A stretch of 64,000 nt of DNA from Gemmatales bacterium (GCA_041640595.1 JBEPZY010000001.1:1088001-1152000); one strand, 5' to 3'. Positions 51,380-62,427 are shown, numbered from the stretch's first letter. Numbers and translations are program-made. Notes: generated by a model from the letters alone, not told the origin.

Positions 51380-52297
51380 TCAGGGAGCTAAGGCGGACGG
51401 AAAAAACGAGGTTTTCGAATGCGGCTGTGAGAAGCGGTCGGACCAGCGGAAGGTGGGTGCAAGACCGCGATCGAAGCCCCGGAGATGTTCCGGCGAAGTC
51501 CGTTGACTCGGTGGCGTGTAAACCCAGGTGTTGTTGCGAAATACCTCTTCCAGCAGCCGGGCCAGTGGCGGATCATATTGCCGGAGCACCTCGCGGCTGT
51601 TGACAAGATTGTGCTGGCGGTCATTGGTGCGGTTACAATGAAACCAACTCTGCACGCCCTCGGCCCAGTATTCGCTGCGGTTAGTAGCAGCGTAGGTGTT
51701 CTGCCAGCGCTGAGCTTTCATGGCTTCCGAATACGCTTGCGCAAGCCGACCATCGAACGTCGCATCCACCTCGCGCAAAGCGATCTGGTGAATGGTGTGC
51801 GCAAATTCGTGAATCAGGATATTCTCACCGCGATAGGGGTCGCCGGGATATTCCAGCAGGTTTTCCTCACCGCAACTCACCGCCGGGCGAATTCGCGTCG
51901 CTCCCAGACCACGTGCACGACGATCCCAGTATTCAGGTGGCTTGAGGTCACTGTGTTCCGGAACATCGGTAGTTCGTTCATTGTAAGCCATGACTACGAC
52001 GCGAATGCGATGCTTGATGAGAGCCTGGCGCAAATCGTCGCGGCCTGCCAGCATCTTGTCCACCAGATAAGCCGCTTCCAGCAGAGCATAATCATTGACC
52101 CGCCGCGAAGCTAAGATCGGCAAGCCGCCGGTTACGACACTCTTTTCGTAAAAATCGCTCAACCGCCACTGCTGCTTCAAGACGGCAGGGACCTCGGCAA
52201 CCCGATAGGCAGCGGGCTTGGTGTTATCCGCGCATACCAAACCGGACATAAAACAGCCCATACTCAGACACAATCCCAGAGCCAGCCGGTAGGGCAT
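51380..52297 (-). CDS. Secreted zincin-type metallopeptidase-like protein
   Basis: Signal peptide, ILIHEFAH and a downstream EYWAEG ligand motif. Confidence 0.75.
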   Translation of the reverse strand: MPYRLALGLCLSMGCFMSGLVCADNTKPAAYRVAEVPAVLKQQWRLSDFYEKSVVTGGLPILASRRVNDYALLEAAYLVDKMLAGRDDLRQALIKHRIRVVVMAYNERTTDVPEHSDLKPPEYWDRRARGLGATRIRPAVSCGEENLLEYPGDPYRGENILIHEFAHTIHQIALREVDATFDGRLAQAYSEAMKAQRWQNTYAATNRSEYWAEGVQSWFHCNRTNDRQHNLVNSREVLRQYDPPLARLLEEVFRNNTWVYTPPSQRTSPEHLRGFDRGLAPTFRWSDRFSQPHSKTSFFPSALAP

Positions 52298-52434
52298 GGT
52301 GAAGCCTCCTGAGTGCCAATTGAGCCAGTTCGGACTTGCACTCCGTTGATCTCAGTCAGCCGATTGCGATTGTGGCTGTCGGCATCTGGTATGCCTCACT
52401 GCGGGTCAGCAGTTGCAACGATTGTTTCCCACTT

Positions 52435-53622
52435 CTACGAGGCTAATTCCGCCAGCAAGAAGACTTGCCGTTGCGGTTCGCCGCCGGTTACGTGCACCTG
52501 CCCTTGCCAATCCACGAAGACATTGACTTCGCTGCGGATGCCGAATTCGTCCAGGTAAATGCCAGGCTCCACGGAAAAACAGGTGCCGGGAAGGATGCGC
52601 CGCTCGTCGTGAGTTTCGAGATTGTCGAGATTGGCTCCGTTGCCGTGAACCTCCCGGCCGATGCTGTGGCCGGTGCGATGGAGAAAATAGTGGCCAAAAC
52701 CGGCGTCGCTGATCACCTGGCGGGCTACATCGTCCAGTTGCCAGCCGCAAATCGCTTCCCCGCGAGCAAAAGCCTGGCGCACCCGCTCGATGACTGCATC
52801 GCGAGCCTGCGCGACGATGGCGAATATCTTTTCCACGTGCGGCGGCACAATCTCTCCGGTCCACGCGACACGAGTGAGATCGCTATAGACGGCGTCGGCA
52901 TGGTTGACTTTGGCCCATAAGTCAATCAGCACCAGTTGGCCGGTAACGATCACCGCGTCGGCCGCCGGTGTGATGGTGTAGTGCGGATCAGCGGAGTGGC
53001 GTCCCGCTGCTACAATCGGGGGGTGATCCGTGATCAGGTGGTTCTCGGCGAAATACCGCAGAATCTCCGCCTGCACTTCGCTTTCGCGGACAGGTTGACC
53101 GCGACGTAGCCGCTCCGCCAGAAAGCCGAAGGCAACACGAAAGGCCTGATCGGTATGCTGGGCTGCTTGCAAATGCAGTTGCCACTGTTGCGGTGACCAG
53201 ACCGCCTCGAATTGCTGGATCAGGTCGGCCGAGGAGACTGGCTCAGCTCCGAAACTTCGTACAAGTTCGATCGTGCCCGCATCGAGACGAGAAACGTAAG
53301 GAATCGCATTACGCGGTGAATATTCGAGGGCGATTCTTTTGTCGGCGACCAGTTCGCGCAAGGCTAACTCGAGTTCCTGCCAGCGGAGATAGACCCGTTT
53401 TTCGCCCGGCAGAGTGTCGAGCACTGCCGATTCGATGCGATGCACGACTTTGCTCGGCGAACCCTGGGCGGGAACAAAGTAGTACCATCGCCGGGTCGTC
53501 GTCAGTTGCGTGTCCAGGCCGAGGATGCGGCGAGCCAGAGGGTTATTGCCGCGAAAATCGCCCATCAGCCAGCCGTCCAGTCCCGCCTGCCGGAGCGCTT
53601 GCTGAATCGCCTGCAGGTTCAT
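52435..53622 (-). CDS. M24 family (Xaa-Pro) aminopeptidase
   Basis: IDLW, YSDLT, HRTGHSIG, SVEPGIY and GIRSE motifs; ATG 53622. Confidence 0.93.
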   Translation of the reverse strand: MNLQAIQQALRQAGLDGWLMGDFRGNNPLARRILGLDTQLTTTRRWYYFVPAQGSPSKVVHRIESAVLDTLPGEKRVYLRWQELELALRELVADKRIALEYSPRNAIPYVSRLDAGTIELVRSFGAEPVSSADLIQQFEAVWSPQQWQLHLQAAQHTDQAFRVAFGFLAERLRRGQPVRESEVQAEILRYFAENHLITDHPPIVAAGRHSADPHYTITPAADAVIVTGQLVLIDLWAKVNHADAVYSDLTRVAWTGEIVPPHVEKIFAIVAQARDAVIERVRQAFARGEAICGWQLDDVARQVISDAGFGHYFLHRTGHSIGREVHGNGANLDNLETHDERRILPGTCFSVEPGIYLDEFGIRSEVNVFVDWQGQVHVTGGEPQRQVFLLAELAS

Positions 53623-53706
53623 ACGGTTTGTCCTCGCGTTGCTCCCGCTGGTGATACCAGTAGTGTATGTGTAGCATGGTTCATGGCAGCAAGGGAGGCG
53701 CAAGGC

Positions 53707-54102
53707 ATGTACCGCGAATTCGACCACATCGGTATCATTACCACCGAACCTCACGAAGGCGAAAGCTGGGTGCCGCAAACCCGTGTCTGGGTAACCAATC
53801 CGCGGTTGCATCCGCAGCGTATCGAATATATCCGGCCGCTGGAAATGCCGACAATCGATCCGCGGCAGGTCGGTCTGTGGAAATTGTGGCACCTGCCGCA
53901 CATCGCTTACCGTGTGGACAACCTGGAAGAAGCGCTACGCGGCGAAGAAGTAGTGCTGGGGCCGTTTGAACCGGCGGAGTTTGGCCGGGTCGCCTTCATT
54001 CACAAGGACGGGGCGATCATCGAATACATCGAATACACGACGCTGGAAACCTGGTTCGGCCAACCGACTCCGTGGCGCCCAGCAGGCCCACCTTCGTCCT
54101 GA
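53707..54102 (+). CDS. Small VOC/glyoxalase-like hypothetical protein
   Basis: FDHIGI, PHIAYRVDNL and IIEYIE metal-ligand-like pattern; GGAGG SD. Confidence 0.65.
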   Translation: MYREFDHIGIITTEPHEGESWVPQTRVWVTNPRLHPQRIEYIRPLEMPTIDPRQVGLWKLWHLPHIAYRVDNLEEALRGEEVVLGPFEPAEFGRVAFIHKDGAIIEYIEYTTLETWFGQPTPWRPAGPPSS

Positions 54103-54134
54103 TAAGAAAACAGCTACTACCATCAACGCGAACA

Positions 54135-57095
54135 ATGACGCAGGACTGGTTCGAAGAAAAACGGCGTGCGCTGGAAAAGCCGTTACGGCGGCATCTGCAA
54201 GGCGAAGTGCGCTTCGACATCGCCAGCCGCAAAATCTACAGCACCGATGCCAGCATTTATCAAATTGAACCGCTCGGCGTGGTGATCCCCAGAAATCTGC
54301 GGGATGTGCACACGGCATTAGCGATCGCGGCGGAACACCGCGTTCCTATCGTGCCGCGTGGTGGTGGCACAAGTTTATCCGGTCAAAGTATCGGGCCCGG
54401 TCTGGTGCTGGATTGCAGCAAGTATCTTCATCACGTCCTCGATATCAATCTGCAGAGCGAGACTGTGCGATTGCAGCCTGGAGTGGTGCTGGACCAGCTG
54501 AACCGACAGCTGGCCCAGTACGGCTACCAATTTGGTCCAGAAGTGGCGACTTACTCCCGTGCCACTCTTGGAGGCATGATCGGTAACAATTCAGCCGGGG
54601 CTCGCTCCATTGTTTATGGCAAGACCATTGACCATGTGGTGAGGCTGCAACTGGCCCTGGCTGATGGCACGCCCCTGGTCTGCGAGCCGGTTTCTTTACA
54701 GGAATGGCGACGCCGCTGCCAGTTCTCGACGCGGGAAGGGCTGATTTATCGCACTGTTGACGAGCTGGTTTGCCTACATGCTGCTGAGATTCACCGCCGT
54801 TTTCCGCGTATCCAGCGGCGTGTGAGCGGGTACAATCTGGACGTGTTTGCCGACCGACTGGCACCGATTCAGGGAGCGCCACCGGACGATTGTGTCAACC
54901 TGGCCTGGCTGATCGTAGGCAGCGAAGGAACACTGGCCTTCGTAACCGAAGCGGAATTACGTATCGTCAAGCGGCCGCGCTACCGCATGCTGGCGGTGCC
55001 CCACTTCGTTTCGCTGGCAGCCGCACTCGATGCTCTGGCGACCTGTTTGGAGTTTTCTCCCTCGGCTGTGGAATTGCTGGATCAACTGCTGCTTGAGCTG
55101 GCCCAGCAAAATCTGGCACTCCGGCGTGAAAAACGGCTTATCGTGGGGTGCCCGGCTGCCCTATTGCTCGTCGAATTGCAGGGCGATGACCGGCGCGAGG
55201 TCGAAGACCGTTTGCAGCGGCTGGTTAACCGTCTCCACCAGTTACCCGGCGTGCAGGCCGTTGTCGAAGCCAAAGAAGCCCACGAGCGTGAGCCATTGTG
55301 GAATTTACGTACCGCCGGCCTGCCCGTGTTCCTCAGCATGCCTGGCGATCGCAAACCGACCACCTTTGTGGAAGATGCTGCGGTCAGTCCGCAACGCCTG
55401 CCCGAATTCGCGCAGCGCTTCCGAGAAATCCTGTGGCGGCACGGCACCGACGGGGCATTTTACGGGCACGCCAGTGTTGGCTGCTTACACATTCGCCCCA
55501 TCCTGAACCTCAAACAGGCTGCCGATGTGGAGCGAATGCGAAAAATTACCGCCGAGGTGGTTGATCTGGTACTGGAATTCAACGGGGCGCTGAGCGGCGA
55601 ACATGGCGATGGATTAGCACGCAGCGAATGGAACCGCAAAATCTTCGGCGAGGAAGTGTACGGGGTCTTCCGCGAGATCAAACGGCTTTTCGATCCCGCA
55701 GGGCAAATGAATCCGGGCAAGATTGTGGACGCCCCGGCGATGACCGAGCATCTCCGCTATGGGCCGAACTACCATCCGTACACTCCCGATCACGTTTTCG
55801 ATTACCGCCGCCAGGGAGGTTTTCTGGGTGCCATCGAAATGTGCAACGGTTCCGCCGTGTGTCGCAAGCTGCAAGGGGGAGTCATGTGTCCCTCTTATCG
55901 AGCTACCCGAGACGAAAAAGACAGCACACGAGCACGAGCGAATGCCTTACGGCTGGCACTGGCTGGTTCGCAGCCGTTGCGAGATTTTACTTCCGATTGG
56001 GTTTACGAGGTCCTCGAACTGTGTTTGATGTGCAAGGCGTGCAAAGCGGAGTGCCCCAGCAATGTGGATTTGGCCAAACTCAAGGCCGAGTTCCTCCGCC
56101 ATTATTACCGCGTGCATCGGCGACCATGGGGAGATTATGCAGTCGCGTGGTGGCGTCAGCTCATACCATGGGCAGCGCGATGGGCACCGCTATTACGATG
56201 GATGTCCGGCCGGGCCTGGGTACGCTGGTTGTTGCACAAGGCTTTTCGCCTCGATCGCCGCCGCAGTCTGCCACGACTGGTTCGCCAGGATTTGCTGCGC
56301 TGGTTCCGCCAGCATAGCGTTCCACCTTCCGCCGGGCAGCGCGGGAAGATTCTCTTCCTGGCCGATTGTTTCACCACCTGGAGCGAGCCGGAGATTGGCC
56401 AATCGGCTATCAGGCTGCTCGAGCAGCTTGGCTATGCAGTGGAAATCGAACCGGAACTATGTTGCGGGCGAACCCTCATCAGCAAAGGTTTCCTCGACGA
56501 AGCGCAGCAACTCGTCCGGCGACAAACACGGTGGCTGGCACCGCGAGTCCGAGAATATCACGCTCTCGTGGGCATAGAACCCAGTTGCTTGCTCACGCTC
56601 ACCGACGAATGGCCGGACCTGGTGCCCGGCCCGGCTACCGAGACGGTGGCCAACCACGCTCAGCTCGTCGAAACCTGGCTCGTGCAACAGCAAGCCCTTG
56701 TCGATCGGCAATTGGCGCCGCTCTCCCAGCCTGTGGCCTTGCACACCCATTGTCACCAAAAGGCGTTGTTGGGTAGTTCACCGACGCTACAATTGCTGCG
56801 GCTGATACCGGAAGCGCGGGTGGAATTGCTTGATACCACTTGCTGCGGTATGGCTGGCTCTTTTGGCTATGAACATTACGAGGTGAGCGTGGCTATTGCC
56901 CAACTCAGCTTGTTACCGGAATTGCAAAAACGCTCCGACACGCTCATCGTGGCGAACGGCACTTCCTGCCGTCAGCAAATCTTTGACCTGACCGGACGGT
57001 CCGCCTGGCATCCGATCCAGGTAGTGGCAAGGCAATATTTTCTGGCACGTCCTGAGGTATCCGGAGACGTGCAGTTCACCAGGACAACGTCATGA
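54135..57095 (+). CDS. FAD-linked oxidase / Fe-S oxidoreductase fusion (GlcD+GlcF-like 2-hydroxyacid dehydrogenase family)
   Basis: RGGGTSLSGQ, GSEGTL, SGEHGDG, CLMCKACKAECP and two CCG motifs. Confidence 0.93.
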   Translation: MTQDWFEEKRRALEKPLRRHLQGEVRFDIASRKIYSTDASIYQIEPLGVVIPRNLRDVHTALAIAAEHRVPIVPRGGGTSLSGQSIGPGLVLDCSKYLHHVLDINLQSETVRLQPGVVLDQLNRQLAQYGYQFGPEVATYSRATLGGMIGNNSAGARSIVYGKTIDHVVRLQLALADGTPLVCEPVSLQEWRRRCQFSTREGLIYRTVDELVCLHAAEIHRRFPRIQRRVSGYNLDVFADRLAPIQGAPPDDCVNLAWLIVGSEGTLAFVTEAELRIVKRPRYRMLAVPHFVSLAAALDALATCLEFSPSAVELLDQLLLELAQQNLALRREKRLIVGCPAALLLVELQGDDRREVEDRLQRLVNRLHQLPGVQAVVEAKEAHEREPLWNLRTAGLPVFLSMPGDRKPTTFVEDAAVSPQRLPEFAQRFREILWRHGTDGAFYGHASVGCLHIRPILNLKQAADVERMRKITAEVVDLVLEFNGALSGEHGDGLARSEWNRKIFGEEVYGVFREIKRLFDPAGQMNPGKIVDAPAMTEHLRYGPNYHPYTPDHVFDYRRQGGFLGAIEMCNGSAVCRKLQGGVMCPSYRATRDEKDSTRARANALRLALAGSQPLRDFTSDWVYEVLELCLMCKACKAECPSNVDLAKLKAEFLRHYYRVHRRPWGDYAVAWWRQLIPWAARWAPLLRWMSGRAWVRWLLHKAFRLDRRRSLPRLVRQDLLRWFRQHSVPPSAGQRGKILFLADCFTTWSEPEIGQSAIRLLEQLGYAVEIEPELCCGRTLISKGFLDEAQQLVRRQTRWLAPRVREYHALVGIEPSCLLTLTDEWPDLVPGPATETVANHAQLVETWLVQQQALVDRQLAPLSQPVALHTHCHQKALLGSSPTLQLLRLIPEARVELLDTTCCGMAGSFGYEHYEVSVAIAQLSLLPELQKRSDTLIVANGTSCRQQIFDLTGRSAWHPIQVVARQYFLARPEVSGDVQFTRTTS

Positions 57096-58174
57096 CTCCA
57101 TCGCCCTCAACCATACGACGAAGGTTGCTATTATTGGCAACGGGATTGTTGGCGGTTCTGGGGCTGGGTGTGTGGTTGGGTTCGGGCAAACCGCCGCCTG
57201 CGACGGAAATGACTCGCCCTGATCCGGTTCCCACTGAGGAGGCGGACAACATGACTCATCCGGTAGCCCGCCGAATTTTGGAAACCACTGTTACTATGCC
57301 GGGCCGATACTTTCGCGGCGAGCGAGCTATGGAATATCTGCGAGCGATTTGCGCTTTGGGGCCTCGCGTCAGCGGCTCCGCTGGTATGCACAAGCAACGG
57401 GAAATGTTACGCCGGCACTTTGAACGATGCGGAGCACGTGTGGAAATGCAGGCGTTTACCGCACAGCAACGCAGTCGTCGCCAGCCCGTGGAAATGGTCA
57501 ACCTGATTGCCCGCTGGTATCCGGAACGCACCCGCCGACTGCTGCTGTGCACCCATTATGACACCCGACCCATAGCCGATCAGGAACCCGACGAACGCCT
57601 CTGGCACAAACCGTTTCTGGGGGCGAACGACGGCGCTTCCGGTGTGGCATTCATGATGGAACTGGCGCACATGGTGCCGCATCTGCCTGTGCACGTCGGC
57701 GTGGATTTCGTCTGCTTCGATGGCGAAGAATACATCTTCGATCCCCGGCCGAGTGAATGGGGCGGCGACCGATACTTTTTCGGTTCGGAATTTTTTGCCC
57801 AGAATTACTTGCGTTTGCGTCGCGATTCGCCTGGTAGCCCGGTGTATGTCGAGGCAGTGCTGGTGGACATGATCGCCGGTAAAAACGCACGCTTCTACAT
57901 CGAACAACACTCCCTGTTGCAGGCCGGGCCTCTGGTCGAAAAAGTGTGGGGCTACGCGAAGGAATCTGGCTGCCGGGCCTTTATCCCTGAAGCTAAACAT
58001 GCTGTCCTGGATGACCACCTCCAGCTGTTGCGAGCAGGCATTCCCGCGATAAACATCATTGATTTCGACTATCCGCACTGGCACCGTCTCAGCGATACGC
58101 CGGAAAACTGTGCCCCAGAGGGTATGGAACAGGTGGGTCGGGTCGTGTTACTCTGGTTGCTTCGGGCCCGCTGA
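57092..58174 (+). CDS. M28 family peptidase / glutaminyl cyclase-like protein
   Basis: HYDTR, GANDGASG, FDGEE, DDH and WH motifs; ATGA overlap with the upstream gene. Confidence 0.9.
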   Translation: MTPSPSTIRRRLLLLATGLLAVLGLGVWLGSGKPPPATEMTRPDPVPTEEADNMTHPVARRILETTVTMPGRYFRGERAMEYLRAICALGPRVSGSAGMHKQREMLRRHFERCGARVEMQAFTAQQRSRRQPVEMVNLIARWYPERTRRLLLCTHYDTRPIADQEPDERLWHKPFLGANDGASGVAFMMELAHMVPHLPVHVGVDFVCFDGEEYIFDPRPSEWGGDRYFFGSEFFAQNYLRLRRDSPGSPVYVEAVLVDMIAGKNARFYIEQHSLLQAGPLVEKVWGYAKESGCRAFIPEAKHAVLDDHLQLLRAGIPAINIIDFDYPHWHRLSDTPENCAPEGMEQVGRVVLLWLLRAR

Positions 58175-58239
58175 ATGGTAGGTCAGCCCCGAGCAATCGC
58201 TCGATACTCTCGCCAACCGAATCGCACTCAGCGACCATG

Positions 58240-58473
58240 CTATTCCCGCGGCAGGTCCTTTGAGCCGATGACGGTGATGGTTACACTGACCTGCACGTTA
58301 ACGGGTCGTTCACCCACGCGAACCGCCATCTTGCCACTGTAATACCAGCCTACCGAGCCGGTCGAGAATTCCTTCACATCGGCGGAAACTGGCATCCCGG
58401 CTATGGTCACCTCGATCGGTTGGGCCTTTTCTAAAAACTCTTTGCGAGTGAATGGCACATTGCCCTTGGCCAC
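58240..58473 (-). CDS. Small hypothetical beta-rich protein
   Basis: AGGAGG SD before GTG 58473; protein-like composition (KEFSTGSVGWY). Confidence 0.7.
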   Translation of the reverse strand: MAKGNVPFTRKEFLEKAQPIEVTIAGMPVSADVKEFSTGSVGWYYSGKMAVRVGERPVNVQVSVTITVIGSKDLPRE

Positions 58474-58725
58474 GGCTCGACCCTCCTGCACCCTGGTTCC
58501 ACCGGCTCAAAGTATTGGATTACGGAGAAAAGAGCAACTGTGCACGACGAAAAGCCACGCCAAAAACAACTCCGCATGGCACCGATTTTGTGCCCTGCTT
58601 GCCCCTGAATGAAGAAATCGCAAAATGTCGTCAATGCGCTTGTACGTCTCGGGGCTGAGGCCAGCACTCCCAGGACGAACTGGCCACGAGCTTGTCCTCG
58701 CCGCTGCGAATCCATCAGTTGGGCT

Positions 58726-59370
58726 ATGCTGACGCTGACGTTCCGTGCTTTGCGAAGCGATGACCGCGACCTCGCCATAAAATTGGCGAGTGAGACGGAG
58801 GTTTTCCGTCCTGCCGAACTGGTCGTACTTGCGGAAGTGCTCGACGATTACCTGCGTTCACCGGGCGGCGAAGGATACCATACTCTTGTGGCCGAACTGG
58901 CTGATTTTCGCCTCGCCGCAGGCAGCGACGTTTCTGAAGATCCGCTGGCAGAATCCACGCCGCTACCCGGGCCCGAATATCCGCTGCCTTTCGCTTCGGT
59001 AATCCCGATGCCACCACCGACGACTGCCCTGATCGGTTTTATTATTTACGGCCCGACACCGCTTACTCTGCACACCTGGGACGTTTACTGGATCGTGGTG
59101 GGCAAACCATACCAGCGGCACGGTATCGGTAAGCGATTGCTCGAAGCTGCCGAGGCACGGATTCGTGCGCAGCGCGGCGAGGTGATTCGGGTCGAAACGA
59201 GTTCCCTGCCCAGTTATGAGGCAACGCGACGATTTTACGAAAAGCACGGTTACCGTTTAGCTGGCACCATCCCGGATTTTTACGCTCCTGGCGACAGTTT
59301 GTGCATTTACTATAAGCGCCTGGCTAGCTCGGCGGCTGAAGCGGCCGCAGACGAACCAGTCCGCGGTTGA
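58726..59370 (+). CDS. GNAT family N-acetyltransferase
   Basis: YWIVV...QRHGIG, VETSS and FYEKHGY motifs. Confidence 0.9.
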   Translation: MLTLTFRALRSDDRDLAIKLASETEVFRPAELVVLAEVLDDYLRSPGGEGYHTLVAELADFRLAAGSDVSEDPLAESTPLPGPEYPLPFASVIPMPPPTTALIGFIIYGPTPLTLHTWDVYWIVVGKPYQRHGIGKRLLEAAEARIRAQRGEVIRVETSSLPSYEATRRFYEKHGYRLAGTIPDFYAPGDSLCIYYKRLASSAAEAAADEPVRG

Positions 59371-59409
59371 CTCCCGGGGTTGACGCAGCGTTTCCGGCGA
59401 TGCCTCCAT

Positions 59410-60747
59410 TCAGGTTTCGGCTTGCAGGAGACCGGTTCGGATAGCCGGAATGGCACGCCCGATAGCGTAATAATGAAAGCCGTGTTCCAGGACAACTTTC
59501 GGCTCATACAGATTGCGGCCGTCAAAAATTACTTTTTGCCGCATCAATCGTCCCATCAGGGAGAAATCAGGATTGCGGAATTCCGGCCACTCGGTCACAA
59601 TGACCAGGCCATCCGCGCCTTCCAGAGCCGTGTAAGGTTTGTCGCAATAGGTCAAGCGGTTGCCGTAAACACGGCGCACTGCTTCCATCGCGGCCGGGTC
59701 GTGCACGCGGCAGGTTGCCCCTTCCGCCAGCAATTCGTCGAGCAACACCAGTGCCGGCGCTTCACGAATGTCATCGGTACGAGGTTTGAAGGACAATCCC
59801 CACACGGCGAAGACTTTGCCCGTCAGTGTACCGTAGTGGCTGCGCATCTTGTGCAACAACACGCGTTTTTGCCGATCGTTGACCTCCAGCACCGCCTCGA
59901 TGATGCGCAAGGGTAATCCCTGTTGCCTGCCCAGAGCCGCCAGGGCCTGCAAATCTTTTGGAAAACAACTGCCGCCAAAACCCACTCCGGGATGCAAAAA
60001 CTGAAAGCCAATCCGCTTGTCGTAGCCGATTCCCCGACGAACGTCGTTGATATCGGCACCCAGCCGTTCGCACAGGTTGGCCATCTCGTTGATGAAACTG
60101 ATTTTCGTGGCCAGGAAAGCGTTGGCAACATATTTGGTAGCCTCGGCGCTTTCTGGCGACATTACGAGAAAAGGCTGACCGGCACGCAAAAAGGGAGCGT
60201 AGAGCTGCTGCAACAATTCCTCGGCTCGTTTGGTCCGCACGCCGACCACCACACGGTCGGGCTTCATAAAATCCTCAACAGCCGCACCTTCTTTGAGAAA
60301 TTCCGGATTGGTGGCCACGTCGAAAGTGTATCCGGCCCGTCGCCGCATTCGCTCCCAAAGTTGCCGATTCGTTCCCACCGGTGCGGTGCTCTTGATGACG
60401 ATCAGCTGTTCCGGTCGGCACAGCTCGGCGAGTGCCTCGCCAACCGCCCAGAGACTGGACAAATCGGCCTGGCCGTCGGCCAGTGGTGGCGTGCCAACAC
60501 AGATGAAAATCACCTCGGCTTGCGCTACCGCCTCCTGCAGGCTCGTTGTGAATGCGAGCCGCTGGTCGCGGAGGTTGTGCTTCACCAGCTCTTCCAGCCC
60601 TGGCTCGTAAATGGGAACTTCGCCTTGCCGAAGCCGGGCGATTTTGCGTTCGTCCACGTCCATGCCGGCTACTTCGTTACCGCTTTCGGCCAGGCAGCTG
60701 GCTGTGACCAGACCGACATAACCCATACCGACCACCGCTACCCGCAT
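59410..60747 (-). CDS. ugd: UDP-glucose 6-dehydrogenase
   Basis: GMGYVG, NPEFLKEG, GFGGSCFPKD and FKPRTDDIRE motifs. Confidence 0.96.
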   Translation of the reverse strand: MRVAVVGMGYVGLVTASCLAESGNEVAGMDVDERKIARLRQGEVPIYEPGLEELVKHNLRDQRLAFTTSLQEAVAQAEVIFICVGTPPLADGQADLSSLWAVGEALAELCRPEQLIVIKSTAPVGTNRQLWERMRRRAGYTFDVATNPEFLKEGAAVEDFMKPDRVVVGVRTKRAEELLQQLYAPFLRAGQPFLVMSPESAEATKYVANAFLATKISFINEMANLCERLGADINDVRRGIGYDKRIGFQFLHPGVGFGGSCFPKDLQALAALGRQQGLPLRIIEAVLEVNDRQKRVLLHKMRSHYGTLTGKVFAVWGLSFKPRTDDIREAPALVLLDELLAEGATCRVHDPAAMEAVRRVYGNRLTYCDKPYTALEGADGLVIVTEWPEFRNPDFSLMGRLMRQKVIFDGRNLYEPKVVLEHGFHYYAIGRAIPAIRTGLLQAET

Positions 60748-60983
60748 GTTCCATCTCCCATTAGCCTGAACAACTCAATGCCACAGTTCATCAAAGCGGT
60801 GCGATACTTCCAAGCTGAATCCTTAGCGGCCACGTGTTTCGTTTCGATATCCGCTTGCCCATAGTTTAGCTCACGGTTTTACGGCTGGGCCAAGGGCGGA
60901 CAGTCAAGCGGTGTCATCTCACTCGTGGCTGGGAAATTGATTTAGCAGTGCCCGCAGCCGATGGGGTGGGTTTGGTGAAAAGC

Positions 60984-62151
60984 TCAGGCGGGTTGTTCTA
61001 CCCTGTTGGCACTCGAAACACTAACCGCAGTTCCAGCAGCAGGTTTGCGATGCTCCTGCTCGATTTTCTGGCGGAGATAGGCTTCCAGAAACTCGTCGAG
61101 CTCACCGTCCAGCACACGCTGCACCTGGGAAGTTTCCACACCGGTGCGGTTATCCTTGACCAGCGTGTACGGGTGCAGCACGTAATTGCGAATCTGATAA
61201 CCCCAGGCGACTTCGCCTTTTTCGTCGTACTTTTTCTCGATCTCCGCCCGGCGTTTCTGTTCTTCCAGGCGGAGCAGTTTGGCCCGCAGCAGGTTCCAGG
61301 CCATCTCCTCATTGCGGCGCTGGCTGCGTTCCGACCGGCACTCGGCAACAATGCCGGTCGGCTTGTGGATGAGCCTTACGCCGCTCTGCGTTTTGTTTTG
61401 ATGCTGCCCACCGGGCCCACCGCTGCAAAACGTCTGCCGTTCCACTTCGTCGCGGCGAATTTCGATTTCCGGAGTCTCTTCGATTTCCGGCATCACATCC
61501 ACGGCGGCGAAAGACGTGTGCCGTTTTGCTTCTGCATCAAACGGGCTGATGCGGACCAGTCGGTGCACGCCCGTTTCTCCCTGCAATCGGCCATAGGCAT
61601 AGTCGCCGTGAATCAGCAGCGTAGCGTTGCGTATTCCGCCCTCTTCATTGGGCACCAGGTCCACTAGCTCCGCCTGGTAGCCGTGCTGCTCGGCCCAGCG
61701 GGAATACATGCGCAGAAGCATCTCGGCCCAGTCGCAGGCATCGGTACCGCCAGCACCGGCCTGGACACGCAGGTAGGCGCTGCAAGCGTCATATTTCCCG
61801 CTGAGCATCGCCTGCAACTGAAAATCGCGGAGCTGGCGTTCCACCCGGTGCAATTCCCGCTGCAATTCCGGTTCCAGAGAAGCGTCTTCCTGGGCCAGTT
61901 CGGCCAGGGCTTGCAAATCGGCCAGGCTGCGTTCCAGTTCCTCATACGGTTTGAGCAGAGCGGCCAACGGCTTGAGTGCGGCAATCGTCTGCTGAGCCTG
62001 TTCCGGATTATCCCAAAACCCTGGCGCGGCCATCTGGGTTTCCAGGCGTGCGCGCTCCGCTTGCTTGCTCGGGATGTCAAAGACTATCCCGTAGCTTGGT
62101 TAGCTCCGCAGCCAGTTCCTCAACCCGACGCTGCAATTCCAGATTCAACAC
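60984..62151 (-). CDS. prfB: Peptide chain release factor 2 with programmed +1 frameshift
   Basis: GTG 62151 after AGGAGG; 24 codons ending in CTT TGA C (62082-62076); the +1 frame continues into the ORF carrying SPF and GGQ motifs. Confidence 0.97.
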
Positions 62152-62427
62152 GTGTACCTTCCTCCTTTCGGGAAATGGCAGGCCAGGAAATTATACTCGC
62201 CCCTGTGCCATTTGCGAGCCGTTGTCCCGATTATCTAACGCATGCCTGGCCGGTTCCGCAAGCCGAGTTGCTGGATCAACGGTTGCCTGCGCTGCAATCG
62301 AGGATCAGCAATCCGGGCAAGTTGGCTCGACCGGTCTCTTGGTCACAGGGACGCGATCCCCGCTACCAGCAATTCCTGCCGGGGAAGTCGACTCGAGCGG
62401 TCACCTGGTGGTGCCAGCGGTCGCCCC

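Noticed and set aside
60984..62151. prfB pseudogene
   Set aside because: The in-frame stop is the canonical CTT TGA C programmed frameshift.
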